Below the pieces are notes generated by a model that saw only the letters and a list, made by a program, of their open reading frames with translations, had not been told where the DNA came from and did not search any database. From Escherichia coli (GTDB lineage Bacteria > Pseudomonadota > Gammaproteobacteria > Enterobacterales > Enterobacteriaceae): DNA of 64,000 nt. Positions 24,159 through 34,191 of the stretch are shown one piece after another. Within the stretch, counting starts at the first letter, position 1. Each line of letters begins with the position of its first letter. Both the position numbers and the translations under genes were made by a program. The stretch lies in NCBI RefSeq assembly GCF_003991155.1, contig NZ_CP031293.1; one strand, 5' to 3'.

Positions 24159-25181
24159 TCAGAAAGTAATTACACCCTTAATCAACTCACGATTGTTAAT
24201 CACATCACGTTCGTAGGTTTCTGCCAGCGTGGCGAACGGGTAGCGATGGGTTAACATCATGTCGGCAGTGATTTTCCCTTCCGCCATCAATCGACCGACT
24301 TTAGCGAAATCTTCCGGCGTGGCGTTGCGGCTGCCCATCATCGTCGTTTCTTTTTTATGGAATTCCGGATCGGAGAACTGCAACTCACCTTTAAACAGAC
24401 CGACAAATACCACCGTGCCGCCGTGACGAATCAGATTTACGGTGTTATTCATCGCATGTTGATTACCTGTCGCGTCGATCACTTTCTGCGCCAGCGAACC
24501 ACCAAACTGCGCCCGCAGCTGCGCGTCAAAATCTTCGGCTGACGGGTCCAGTACAGGTAATTCCAGACGCGTTGCCACATGTTCACGGCGCGCCGGACTG
24601 GTATCCGCCACTACCACCTGTGCGCCATCGGCTTTAGCGATTGCCGCCGCGCCCAGACCGATTGGCCCCGCCCCGACCACCAGCACCTGCTCGCCGGGAG
24701 CAATGGCTGCGCGACGCACCGCATGTGCGCTAATAGCGAAAGGTTCAATCAATGCTGCCGCCTGCGGGTCAATACCGTCTGCGGGCAAAATGTTCGCCAC
24801 CGGCACGCTCAAATACTCACTAAAACCGCCATCCTGATGCACGCCAATAACTGAAATTTTTTCACAGCAATTGGTACGACCGCTTTTACATGCAGGGCAT
24901 TGCTGACAGGCAACATAAGGGATCACAGCAACTTGCTGACCATTTTTAAGATCAGCAATATTTTTACCCAGCCCAACAATCTCCCCACATATTTCATGGC
25001 CTAAAACACGTGGATAACTAAAAAATGGTTGATTTCCACCCCAGGCATGAATATCGGTACCGCAAATCCCGACAGACTTAATTTTTATTAATGCTTCATT
25101 GTCACCCGGAATAGGTATCTCGCGTTGTTTCCAGACTAATTCTTTCGGCTGCTGGCAAATTAAAACATTCATCGTAGACAT
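24159..25181 (-). CDS. lgoD: Zn-dependent L-galactonate 5-dehydrogenase (MDR family)
   Basis: ORF 24159..25196; GHEICGEIV Zn-ADH motif and GAGPIGLGAA Rossmann motif. Confidence 0.85.
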   Translation of the reverse strand: MSTMNVLICQQPKELVWKQREIPIPGDNEALIKIKSVGICGTDIHAWGGNQPFFSYPRVLGHEICGEIVGLGKNIADLKNGQQVAVIPYVACQQCPACKSGRTNCCEKISVIGVHQDGGFSEYLSVPVANILPADGIDPQAAALIEPFAISAHAVRRAAIAPGEQVLVVGAGPIGLGAAAIAKADGAQVVVADTSPARREHVATRLELPVLDPSAEDFDAQLRAQFGGSLAQKVIDATGNQHAMNNTVNLIRHGGTVVFVGLFKGELQFSDPEFHKKETTMMGSRNATPEDFAKVGRLMAEGKITADMMLTHRYPFATLAETYERDVINNRELIKGVITF

Positions 25182-25319
25182 GATTCGGCTCTCCATTTTT
25201 TGTTGCCTTAGATATCAATGAAAATGAAAAATGGCAGCGGAACGGAAAATCTGTTTTGTGAAAACACACGCATAAAAATGTTTTAAATCGGGTTTTAATG
25301 GACTCACAAGGAGGAAAAT

Positions 25320-26234
25320 ATGAGTCGTTCACAAAATTTACGCCACAATGTGATTAACCAGGTCATTGATGATATGGCGCGGGGTCATATCCCTTCCCCA
25401 CTTCCATCGCAAAGTGCGCTGGCGGAAATGTACAACATCAGCCGCACTACAGTGCGTCATATTCTCAGCCACTTACGCGAATGCGGCGTCTTAACGCAGG
25501 TTGGAAACGACTATGTTATTGCGCGTAAACCTGACCATGATGACGGTTTCGCCTGTACTACCGCTTCAATGAGTGAACAAAACAAAGTGTTTGAGCAGGC
25601 TTTTTTCACGATGATAAACCAGCGTCAGTTACGCCCTGGGGAAACTTTTTCTGAACTGCAACTGGCTCGGGCCGCGGGTGTCAGCCCGGTTGTAGTAAGA
25701 GAATATCTTTTAAAATTCGGCCGTTATAATCTTATTCAAAGCGAAAAGCGCGGCCAGTGGAGCATGAAGCAATTCGATCAATCCTACGCTGAGCAGCTGT
25801 TTGAGCTACGCGAAATGCTCGAAACACATTCACTTCAGCACTTTCTCAACCTGCCTGATCACGATCCCCGCTGGCTGCAGGCGAAAACCATGCTCGAACG
25901 TCATCGGCTACTGCGTGACAACATCGGCAATAGCTTCCGCATGTTCTCGCAACTTGACAGAGATTTTCACTCCTTACTGCTTTCAGCTGCCGACAATATC
26001 TTTTTTGATCAATCGCTTGAGATCATCTCAGTCATCTTTCATTTTCACTATCAATGGGACGAAAGCGATCTTAAACAGCGCAATATCATTGCCGTCGATG
26101 AGCATATGACCATTCTCAGCGCTCTGATTTGCCGCAGTGACCTGGATGCCACCCTTGCGCTCCGTAACCATTTGAATTCAGCTAAACAATCAATGATTCG
26201 ATCCATTAATGAGAACACGCGTTATGCTCATTAA
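25320..26234 (+). CDS. lgoR: GntR/FadR-like transcriptional regulator of L-galactonate utilisation
   Basis: 304 aa; N-terminal GntR-type HTH (SQSALAEMYNISRTTVRHIL). Confidence 0.8.
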   Translation: MSRSQNLRHNVINQVIDDMARGHIPSPLPSQSALAEMYNISRTTVRHILSHLRECGVLTQVGNDYVIARKPDHDDGFACTTASMSEQNKVFEQAFFTMINQRQLRPGETFSELQLARAAGVSPVVVREYLLKFGRYNLIQSEKRGQWSMKQFDQSYAEQLFELREMLETHSLQHFLNLPDHDPRWLQAKTMLERHRLLRDNIGNSFRMFSQLDRDFHSLLLSAADNIFFDQSLEIISVIFHFHYQWDESDLKQRNIIAVDEHMTILSALICRSDLDATLALRNHLNSAKQSMIRSINENTRYAH

Positions 26235-26448
26235 GTACGGATTAAAAACAGCAAACTATTAGCGGGTGCACGGTTTTATCAAAAGATAAATACCGGGAAA
26301 TTCCCGCTTACCTATGCTCACAATCAGTCGACTAAAAATGTTTTTGTGAGCGGTAGTAAAGTCCTAAAACTTTAACCTGCCGTTAATGTCAACCTTGCGT
26401 AATGCACAATTACGTAAACAATTAAAATTATAAATACAGGAGTCCGGC

Positions 26449-27810
26449 GTGGAAAAAGAAAATATCACCCTCGATCCGCGTTCTTCATTTACTCCATCTT
26501 CGTCGGCAGATATTCCCGTGCCACCAGATGGATTAGTTCAACGCAGTACCCGAATTAAACGCATTCAAACCACCGCCATGTTGTTATTATTTTTTGCGGC
26601 GGTAATCAATTATCTCGACCGCAGTTCGCTGTCGGTAGCAAATTTAACGATTCGTGAAGAATTGGGATTAAGTGCCACCGAAATCGGCGCTTTGCTCTCC
26701 GTGTTTTCACTCGCTTACGGGATTGCGCAACTTCCTTGCGGCCCACTATTGGATCGTAAAGGCCCGCGCCTGATGCTGGGACTGGGGATGTTCTTCTGGT
26801 CACTGTTCCAGGCCATGTCTGGCATGGTGCACAGCTTTACGCAGTTCGTGTTGGTGCGTATCGGTATGGGGATTGGTGAAGCGCCGATGAACCCATGCGG
26901 TGTAAAAGTCATTAACGACTGGTTCAACATCAAAGAGCGCGGACGCCCGATGGGCTTCTTCAACGCAGCTTCTACCATTGGCGTTGCCGTAAGCCCACCG
27001 ATTCTGGCGGCGATGATGCTGGTGATGGGCTGGCGCGGGATGTTTATTACTATTGGTGTACTGGGGATTTTTCTCGCCATCGGCTGGTATATGCTCTATC
27101 GCAACCGCGAGCACGTAGAACTGACTGCCGTTGAACAAGCTTATCTCAATGCAGGTAGCGTCAATGCCCGCCGAGATCCGCTCAGTTTTGCCGAATGGCG
27201 CAGCCTGTTCCGTAACCGCACAATGTGGGGAATGATGCTCGGATTCAGTGGCATCAACTACACTGCGTGGCTGTATCTGGCCTGGCTTCCTGGTTACCTG
27301 CAAACAGCCTATAACCTGGATTTAAAAAGCACAGGGTTGATGGCGGCTATCCCTTTCCTGTTTGGGGCTGCCGGGATGCTGGTCAACGGTTACGTTACTG
27401 ACTGGCTGGTCAAAGGGGGAATGGCTCCGATTAAAAGCCGTAAGATCTGCATTATTGCCGGGATGTTCTGTTCTGCCGCCTTTACGCTGGTCGTACCGCA
27501 AGCGACAACATCCATGACGGCGGTTCTGCTGATTGGCATGGCACTGTTCTGTATTCACTTTGCCGGAACATCCTGCTGGGGCTTGATCCACGTCGCAGTT
27601 GCTTCTCGCATGACGGCATCGGTGGGCAGTATCCAGAACTTTGCCAGCTTCATCTGCGCCTCTTTTGCGCCGATCATTACTGGTTTTATTGTTGATACCA
27701 CCCACTCATTCCGTCTGGCACTAATCATCTGCGGTTGCGTCACTGCGGCGGGTGCACTGGCGTACATCTTCCTGGTTCGTCAGCCGATCAACGACCCACG
27801 GAAAGATTAA
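26449..27810 (+). CDS. lgoT: MFS transporter (L-galactonate:H+ symporter)
   Basis: 453 aa; 12-TM MFS-like profile. Confidence 0.85.
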   Translation: MEKENITLDPRSSFTPSSSADIPVPPDGLVQRSTRIKRIQTTAMLLLFFAAVINYLDRSSLSVANLTIREELGLSATEIGALLSVFSLAYGIAQLPCGPLLDRKGPRLMLGLGMFFWSLFQAMSGMVHSFTQFVLVRIGMGIGEAPMNPCGVKVINDWFNIKERGRPMGFFNAASTIGVAVSPPILAAMMLVMGWRGMFITIGVLGIFLAIGWYMLYRNREHVELTAVEQAYLNAGSVNARRDPLSFAEWRSLFRNRTMWGMMLGFSGINYTAWLYLAWLPGYLQTAYNLDLKSTGLMAAIPFLFGAAGMLVNGYVTDWLVKGGMAPIKSRKICIIAGMFCSAAFTLVVPQATTSMTAVLLIGMALFCIHFAGTSCWGLIHVAVASRMTASVGSIQNFASFICASFAPIITGFIVDTTHSFRLALIICGCVTAAGALAYIFLVRQPINDPRKD

Positions 27811-27817
27811 TCTCCCT

Positions 27818-27852
27818 ATGCCCGATAACATTTTGCTTATCGGGCATTTTTA
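27818..27852 (+). terminator. Rho-independent terminator downstream of lgoT
   Basis: 11-bp stem ATGCCCGATAA/TTATCGGGCAT with 8-nt loop followed by TTTTTAT. Confidence 0.7.
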
Positions 27853-27858
27853 TGGCGA

Positions 27859-29523
27859 TTAAAACGTTTCCCAGTTCTCCCCGCTATCTGCCACGGCCAT
27901 TTTACGCGGCGTAGCTGGCGTCACGGTTTTTACCACAGCCGATGTTTCACGCTGATGTTGCTGCTGTTGCTGAATCCGGAACACTGCCACAGCTTCGGTC
28001 AGGCGACTGGCCTGCTCTTCCAGCGCGGCAGCGGCGGCGGCAGATTCTTCCACCAGCGCGGCGTTCTGTTGAGTTACCCGGTCCATCTCAGCAACCGCTA
28101 ATCCAACCTGATCGATACCACGGCTCTGCTCATCAGAAGCAGAAGCAATTTCGCCCATAATGTCCGTCACGCGGGTCACGGCACTGACAATCTCTGCCAT
28201 GGTTTCCCCGGCGCTTTCGACCAGCGTAGAGCCAACATCTACTTTCCCCACCGAGTCTTCAATCAGGCTTTTAATTTCACGAGCCGCCTGAGCGCTGCGC
28301 TGGGCCAGATTACGCACTTCACCCGCGACCACCGCAAAACCGCGCCCTTGCTCACCCGCGCGCGCTGCTTCAACCGCCGCGTTCAAAGCGAGAATATTGG
28401 TCTGGAAGGCAATGCCGTCAATTACGCTGATAATATCGGCGATTTTCTGCGAACTGGTGGAGATATCGCGCATAGTCTGCACCACGTTATCTACCACTTT
28501 GCCGCCGCGTTGCGCCGTTTCAGAAGCACTTAACGCCAGGTGGCTGGCCTGGCGCGCATTTTCGGCGTTCTGCTTCACCGTTGCGGTCAGTTGCTCCATG
28601 CTGGCTGCCGTCTCTTCCAGCGAAGCGGCCTGTTGCTCGGTGCGCGAAGAGAGATCGTTATTGCCGGTAGCGATTTCGCTGGCACCGCTATAGATGGCAT
28701 TGGCCCCGTTGCGCACATCACCGACGGTACGCATCAGCTCTCCCTGCATATGGCGCAAACTCTCAGCCAGTTGCCCCATCTCATTAGAGCCATCCACCTC
28801 AATCGGTTTCACCAGATCGCCGCCTGCAATATGACGAATGCTGTCAATCAGGCGATTCATTGGCGCTACCAACGAGGCTTTAATACCGAACCAGACGGCG
28901 AAGATGACCGCCAGTACGACGATCATCACGCCCACCAGAATCCACATCGCCTGGCTGTAGGAGGCATTATTATCGCTGACGGCGATATCATAGAGCCGAT
29001 CGTTTTGCTCCATGTAAGCCACATACTGCTTCTCGAAACCGTCCTGATATCCCTGGGTCGGCTGATCAAAGAACTCGTTGATTTTGCCTGCACCTAACAG
29101 TTGGATCAGCTCCGCCAGCGCATTGTGATAAATATCGTAATTTCGTTTGATCTCTGCCGCTGCGGCGGTGCTCTGACGCGGGTCACGCGGCAACGCTTCG
29201 TAATCCGCCCAGTTTTTTTCCGCCTGTTTCAGCGAAATACTGGCACTCTGCATCAGCTCAGCAACGGTTGAACCGCTACCAATATTATTCTGATCCATCA
29301 TGTAGCGGATACCCGCGCGGTTGAGGGTGTTACGCGTCTGCAACAACGCGACCCAGCTGCCATTCAGCGTGGATTGCTGCTGGCGAATGGTTTGTAAAAC
29401 AGTGAAATTTTCTTTGTCATTCTTTAAGGCATTAAAGAACAGACCGCCTGATGTCAGTTGTAAAAGGCCAAAAACGGCCAAAACCAGCAGTAAGCTGGTC
29501 ACGATCTTGATACGTTTTAACAT
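27859..29523 (-). CDS. tsr: Methyl-accepting chemotaxis protein I (serine chemoreceptor)
   Basis: ORF 27859..29538; product from the internal start [19 protein letters not shown]... is 551 aa; HAMP and MCP signalling domains; C-terminal NWETF pentapeptide. Confidence 0.93.
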   Translation of the reverse strand: MLKRIKIVTSLLLVLAVFGLLQLTSGGLFFNALKNDKENFTVLQTIRQQQSTLNGSWVALLQTRNTLNRAGIRYMMDQNNIGSGSTVAELMQSASISLKQAEKNWADYEALPRDPRQSTAAAAEIKRNYDIYHNALAELIQLLGAGKINEFFDQPTQGYQDGFEKQYVAYMEQNDRLYDIAVSDNNASYSQAMWILVGVMIVVLAVIFAVWFGIKASLVAPMNRLIDSIRHIAGGDLVKPIEVDGSNEMGQLAESLRHMQGELMRTVGDVRNGANAIYSGASEIATGNNDLSSRTEQQAASLEETAASMEQLTATVKQNAENARQASHLALSASETAQRGGKVVDNVVQTMRDISTSSQKIADIISVIDGIAFQTNILALNAAVEAARAGEQGRGFAVVAGEVRNLAQRSAQAAREIKSLIEDSVGKVDVGSTLVESAGETMAEIVSAVTRVTDIMGEIASASDEQSRGIDQVGLAVAEMDRVTQQNAALVEESAAAAAALEEQASRLTEAVAVFRIQQQQQHQRETSAVVKTVTPATPRKMAVADSGENWETF

Positions 29524-29554
29524 GGTTTCTCTTTCCACTAGACAGATACACTGG

Positions 29555-29581
29555 TTGTCGGCCTGGTGGTGGAAAACTTTA
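29555..29581 (-). promoter_or_regulatory. Sigma28 (FliA) promoter of tsr: TAAAGTTT-N11-GCCGACAA
   Basis: Reverse strand reads TAAAGTTTTCCACCACCAGGCCGACAA, a near-perfect match to the flagellar class 3 consensus TAAAGTTT-N11-GCCGATAA, about 30 bp upstream of the tsr start. Confidence 0.75.
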
Positions 29582-29662
29582 TGCTGTGGAAAAGCGTCGG
29601 CACTGCTTTTGTTGCAGCAAACTTGCGTTTTTTGTGAGGGTCACACTCTATAGCGGCAGTTT

Positions 29663-30568
29663 ATGGTACAAAGTATCAATCTTCTTCGAACCAGTGATAC
29701 TCCTATGGCTTATAGCATCGATATCATCTCCTGCATTACCGAACGGTTTATGGCGTTAACAGCCACTGAAAAGCGTATCGCACAATTTATTCTTGATGAC
29801 GTCTCTGCCGCAGTAGAGTTGCCAATTGCTGAGCTGGCACGGTTAACGCAAACCAGTCAGGCGTCGGTGACGCGTTTTGCCCGTGCACTGGGGTGCAAAG
29901 ATGTCCGCGAGTTGAAAGTCAAACTGGCGCAGTCACTGGCTGTCGGGCAGCGGTTTATTCTCGATGTACCGGATCTTGACGGTGTTCAGGGGATCTACGA
30001 AGCGATTATTAGCGTGCTGGAGACGCATCGTCGTTCGCTGGATATGAATGCCATCAGCCAGGCTGTAAGCTGGTTAAGTCAGGCGCGGCAAATTCTTGCG
30101 TTAGGAACTGGCGGCGGTTCCACTATCTGTTCACAGGAGATTCAGTACCGTTTATTCCGTCTGGGGCTACCGGTGGTCAGTCAGAATGATGCCCTGATGA
30201 TGAGAATGATGTGCTCGGCAGTCATGCCGCAGGATGTGGTGATTGTGCTTTCGCTGGGCGGTTATACACCGGAAATCATCGAAAGTGCGGCAATCGCCCG
30301 TCAGTATGGCGCGCGTGTTATTGCCATTACGCCAGCACAAACACCGCTGGCGGAACAGGTGGATCTGGTATTGCCGTTACTGGTTCAGGAAAGTGATTAC
30401 ATCTTTAAGCCCACCCCTTCCCGCTACGCGATGTTAGCCATGGTCGATGTACTGGCAACAGAACTGGCAATGGCAAATAAAGCGCAGGCGAAAGATCGCC
30501 TGCGGCGGATAAAACTCGTGTTAGACAGCCACCGTGGGGGCGCTAACCGCCAGCCACTTGGCGATTAG
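29663..30568 (+). CDS. RpiR/MurR-family transcriptional regulator (HTH plus SIS sugar-phosphate-binding domain)
   Basis: 301-aa ORF (start may be internal, about 29705); HTH region TEKRIAQFILDD...ELARLTQTSQASVTRFARALG; SIS-like motif LGTGGGS. Confidence 0.75.
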   Translation: MVQSINLLRTSDTPMAYSIDIISCITERFMALTATEKRIAQFILDDVSAAVELPIAELARLTQTSQASVTRFARALGCKDVRELKVKLAQSLAVGQRFILDVPDLDGVQGIYEAIISVLETHRRSLDMNAISQAVSWLSQARQILALGTGGGSTICSQEIQYRLFRLGLPVVSQNDALMMRMMCSAVMPQDVVIVLSLGGYTPEIIESAAIARQYGARVIAITPAQTPLAEQVDLVLPLLVQESDYIFKPTPSRYAMLAMVDVLATELAMANKAQAKDRLRRIKLVLDSHRGGANRQPLGD

Positions 30569-30577
30569 CATTGTCGG

Positions 30578-32047
30578 TTATGCTTCTTCAGGTTTGGTGA
30601 TCACGACACTCTGGTTTTCACGCTCATTGGTGATAATAGCCAAAGCTTCTTCCCGGCTGACCTGACTTGCTGGCGTTACCAACGTCACCAGTACGCCAGC
30701 GACCAGGCTGCCCAGCACTGACGGAATACACGGGTTACCCCAGTAAGCCAGCCAGTCGGCATTCATCAGCACCACAATTGACATCACCATACCGCTCACT
30801 AACGCCGCCAGCGCGCCCTGCCAGTTAAAGCGTAGCCAGAAGCGACCGAGAATCGAGCAGATAAACAGCCCGGACATCAGCATCGAAATCATTTTGGTAA
30901 TGTAGCTGATGATGTCATTAGAGGTCAGAGCAAAGACCAGCGCCAGGCCAATAACAAAGGTCAACATCCAGCGTGAGTAAGTAATGGCCTTGTCCTCCGG
31001 CGGCATTCTGCCGGTAATCATGGTGTAGACGTCGCGCATCATAATCGCCACCGCCGCGATGGCATCGGAGCTGGCAGAAGACATGGTGGCTGAAAGCCCG
31101 GCAATCAGCACCACCAGCCCAAGAATGGCAGGTAAGAAACTGGTCGCGAACAAGAAGGCGTAGTTGCTGTTTTCCAGATTTGGGTTCATGGTGAACGCCG
31201 CCATGCCGATAATGGCAGGCAAAATCGAGAAGAACAGATATAACACCCCAGTAATAACAAACGAACGGCGTACAGAGGGAACATCTTTACCCGAGTAAAT
31301 ACGCTGGCGATAAGACGGTGTGGCCAGTACGCCGACACCAATAACCAGCGCCAGCGAAAGCGCAGGTAGAACGCCCATTTTATCAATCGCAAACAGGCTC
31401 ATCGCTTTTGGGTCCATCGCCTGTTCAATCGCACTCCAGCCGCCAACGTGAACAACGGCGAGAATAGCCATCAATATAAAGCCAAAGAACAGAATTAAGG
31501 CCTGAATGGTGTCTGTCCACACTACCGCCGAATAACCGCCGATAATAACGTAAATCGCAAAAGCTAAGGCGATAATTAATTTTGCTACAGTAAGATCAAT
31601 ACCTGTTGCCCAGGCAAGATACATACTGCCACCTAATATATGCGCCCCCAGCCAGCCAATAGAGGCAATAAATATCATCAGGCCGACAATATTTTTAATT
31701 AAATGACTCCCGCCAGTATAATAAGATATTTCTTCACTCATGGTCATAAAACGTAATTTACGTACCGGTGCAAACAGCCACGCCACCAGTAATATACCTA
31801 CGGCCCCACCGACGCCATAAAGCATTCCGGCCCAGCCATTGCTGTAGCCAAAGCCCACGGCGCCCATACTGGAACCCGTGCCAACCATCGTGGCAACGGT
31901 TGAGCCCAGCGTCAGAAACAGCGGCAACGAACGCCCGCCCAGCAGAAAATCTTCTCCGCTTTTCTGATTACGAGACACAAACCAACCAAGCCAAATCATG
32001 GCGATGGCATAAATAATAAAGCCGACTAAAAAGATATGACTGTTCAT
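30578..32047 (-). CDS. Sodium:solute symporter (SSS) family transporter
   Basis: 489 aa, highly hydrophobic, SSS-like N-terminus (GGRSLPLFLTLGSTVATMVGTGSSMG). Confidence 0.75.
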   Translation of the reverse strand: MNSHIFLVGFIIYAIAMIWLGWFVSRNQKSGEDFLLGGRSLPLFLTLGSTVATMVGTGSSMGAVGFGYSNGWAGMLYGVGGAVGILLVAWLFAPVRKLRFMTMSEEISYYTGGSHLIKNIVGLMIFIASIGWLGAHILGGSMYLAWATGIDLTVAKLIIALAFAIYVIIGGYSAVVWTDTIQALILFFGFILMAILAVVHVGGWSAIEQAMDPKAMSLFAIDKMGVLPALSLALVIGVGVLATPSYRQRIYSGKDVPSVRRSFVITGVLYLFFSILPAIIGMAAFTMNPNLENSNYAFLFATSFLPAILGLVVLIAGLSATMSSASSDAIAAVAIMMRDVYTMITGRMPPEDKAITYSRWMLTFVIGLALVFALTSNDIISYITKMISMLMSGLFICSILGRFWLRFNWQGALAALVSGMVMSIVVLMNADWLAYWGNPCIPSVLGSLVAGVLVTLVTPASQVSREEALAIITNERENQSVVITKPEEA

Positions 32048-32149
32048 AATTCACATCCTGCCAGTAGAGAGAGAATAAAGTAAGAGTTCCCGGAGTGCTG
32101 AATGTATTCAGCACTCAATTGCGGTCTATTTTTTTAATTCTTAAATTTA

Positions 32150-32539
32150 TTAGCGGGTCGCGTTATAACAGGTCACATCGACTTCAACTTTACAATCGAC
32201 AACCAGATCAGCTACACAACAAATACGTGCAGGCGGATTCTCGCCAAAAAATTCTCTGAATACTTTATTAAATGACTGGAAATAGCGGGCGTCGGTCAGG
32301 ATCACTTTCACGTGAACCACATCCGCCAGGCTATAACCGGCTTCAGTCATGATGTCGACACAGTTTTGGATCGCCAGTCGTGACTGTTCAACGATACCGC
32401 CTTCTACCACTTCACCGTTTTTCATGGGGGTTTGCCCGGAGACGTACAGCCAGCCGCCCGCCTCAACCGCCCTGGCAAACGGCAAATGCTGCCCGCCAGT
32501 GCCTGTTCCACCTTCCGTACCGTAACGTTTAATACTCAT
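32150..32539 (-). CDS. RidA/YjgF-family reactive-intermediate (enamine/imine) deaminase
   Basis: About 129 aa; pattern ...VSGQTP...AGYSLADVVHVKVILTD...PAR... typical of RidA family. Confidence 0.7.
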   Translation of the reverse strand: MSIKRYGTEGGTGTGGQHLPFARAVEAGGWLYVSGQTPMKNGEVVEGGIVEQSRLAIQNCVDIMTEAGYSLADVVHVKVILTDARYFQSFNKVFREFFGENPPARICCVADLVVDCKVEVDVTCYNATR

Positions 32540-32548
32540 ATTCACTCC

Positions 32549-34000
32549 TTAATGTGAGGTCTGGCGGCGCAGGAAGCGTCCCGCACGGCCTGTAATATGT
32601 TTATCGGGACCATAGCTCATAACGCCGTTCACCATCACCGCCTCAATGCCATCTGCCGGGCGTTTGGGATCAGAAAAGCTGGCAACATCACGAATGGTTT
32701 GTGGATCGAACAACACCAGGTCCGCAAAATAGCCGACTTTCACCAGCCCACGCTGAGGCAGACGAAAACGGCTGGCAGAAAGCCCGGTCATTTTGTGGAT
32801 AGCCGTGGTCAGTGGGAATAAGCCTTCATCACGGCAATAGTGACCCAGCACGCGAGGGAAAGCGCCCCATAAACGCGGATGCGGCATGGGATCATTGGGC
32901 AGTCCGTCAGAGCCAATCATACTGACCGGATAACTCAACACTCGGCGGACGTCGCGCTCGTCCATGTTGTAATAGATAGCCCCGGCAGGCATCAGCAACT
33001 TCGCGGCCTCCAGCATACTCATCTGCCAGTCGATGGCGATTTGCGCCAGTGTTTTCCCGGCCTGCTGCGGATGTGTTTGTGACCAGGTGATCACAATATC
33101 GAATTCGTCGGTGACTTGTTTGAGATCCAGCGTTGAAGAGCTGGCTGAGTAAGGGTAGACATCGCAGCCAATTTCCTGGTGTTGACGCATTTGGTCAAAA
33201 AAGGCCAACGTTTCTTTTGTCCGCCCCCAGTTTTTCGCCCCGGCGCATTTATGGTGGGAAACCACGACAGGCACTTTGCCATGACGCCCAATACGAAACG
33301 CCTCATCCAGGGCATCGAGAATCGGTTCAAATTCAGAACGCAGATGGGTGGTATAAACGCCCTTCTCACCGGCTAATTCTTCCGCCAGCGCCATGACTTC
33401 TTCGGTAGTCGCCTGAAATGCCGTTGCATAGGCCAGCCCGGAACTTAACCCCAGCGCCCCCTGACTCAACGCCAGACGTAAGTCGGCACGCATAGCGGCA
33501 ATTTCATCCACCGTCGCCGGGCGAAACAGGTCGTCCATATGGTTATTACGCAGCGCCGTATGACCAATCAGCGTGCCAACGTTCAGTGACGGCCTGGCTG
33601 CTTCCACTGCCTGGGCATAGCTTTCAACGGTAGGATAAATAAAGTGCTCTGCTTCCCCCAACAGATTCATCGGGTCAGGAACTTCACCTTTCATTTTCGC
33701 CGACGCCGCACTAATCCCGCAGTTACCGACAATCACCGTAGTGATCCCCTGGCTGATCTTTGGCAGATATTCCGGGATGCGAATAACGTTGATATCGTCA
33801 TGGGTATGAACGTCGATAAACCCTGGTGCCAGCACCCGCCCTTCCCCGTCAATGACCTGCTGCGCCGTAACGTTAAGCGCAGGGGCAATATCGACAATCC
33901 GATCACCTGTTATTGCCACGTCACCGCGAAATTCAGGGCCGCCGCTACCGTCGATAACGGTCACATTTTTGATTAACCAGTCAACCTGCATGTTCGTCAC
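32549..34000 (-). CDS. N-acyl-D-amino-acid deacylase (D-aminoacylase), amidohydrolase superfamily
   Basis: 483 aa; N-terminal IKNVTVIDGSG...APGFIDVHTHDD metal-binding motif characteristic of D-aminoacylases. Confidence 0.75.
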   Translation of the reverse strand: MTNMQVDWLIKNVTVIDGSGGPEFRGDVAITGDRIVDIAPALNVTAQQVIDGEGRVLAPGFIDVHTHDDINVIRIPEYLPKISQGITTVIVGNCGISAASAKMKGEVPDPMNLLGEAEHFIYPTVESYAQAVEAARPSLNVGTLIGHTALRNNHMDDLFRPATVDEIAAMRADLRLALSQGALGLSSGLAYATAFQATTEEVMALAEELAGEKGVYTTHLRSEFEPILDALDEAFRIGRHGKVPVVVSHHKCAGAKNWGRTKETLAFFDQMRQHQEIGCDVYPYSASSSTLDLKQVTDEFDIVITWSQTHPQQAGKTLAQIAIDWQMSMLEAAKLLMPAGAIYYNMDERDVRRVLSYPVSMIGSDGLPNDPMPHPRLWGAFPRVLGHYCRDEGLFPLTTAIHKMTGLSASRFRLPQRGLVKVGYFADLVLFDPQTIRDVASFSDPKRPADGIEAVMVNGVMSYGPDKHITGRAGRFLRRQTSH

Positions 34001-34191
34001 TCCATTTCTGCAATGGTGACAAGTTAACCATTTACAAGGACGAAAAACAGTGGAAAACTACGCAAAACCCAGATGATTTTATGATACTTTTATTCATAAA
34101 TAATAAGATAAATAAACTAAATATTTATATTTCATTTAGTTACAAATGATACTCACATCCGATACGGTGAAAAACTTAAAAGGTAAATGTT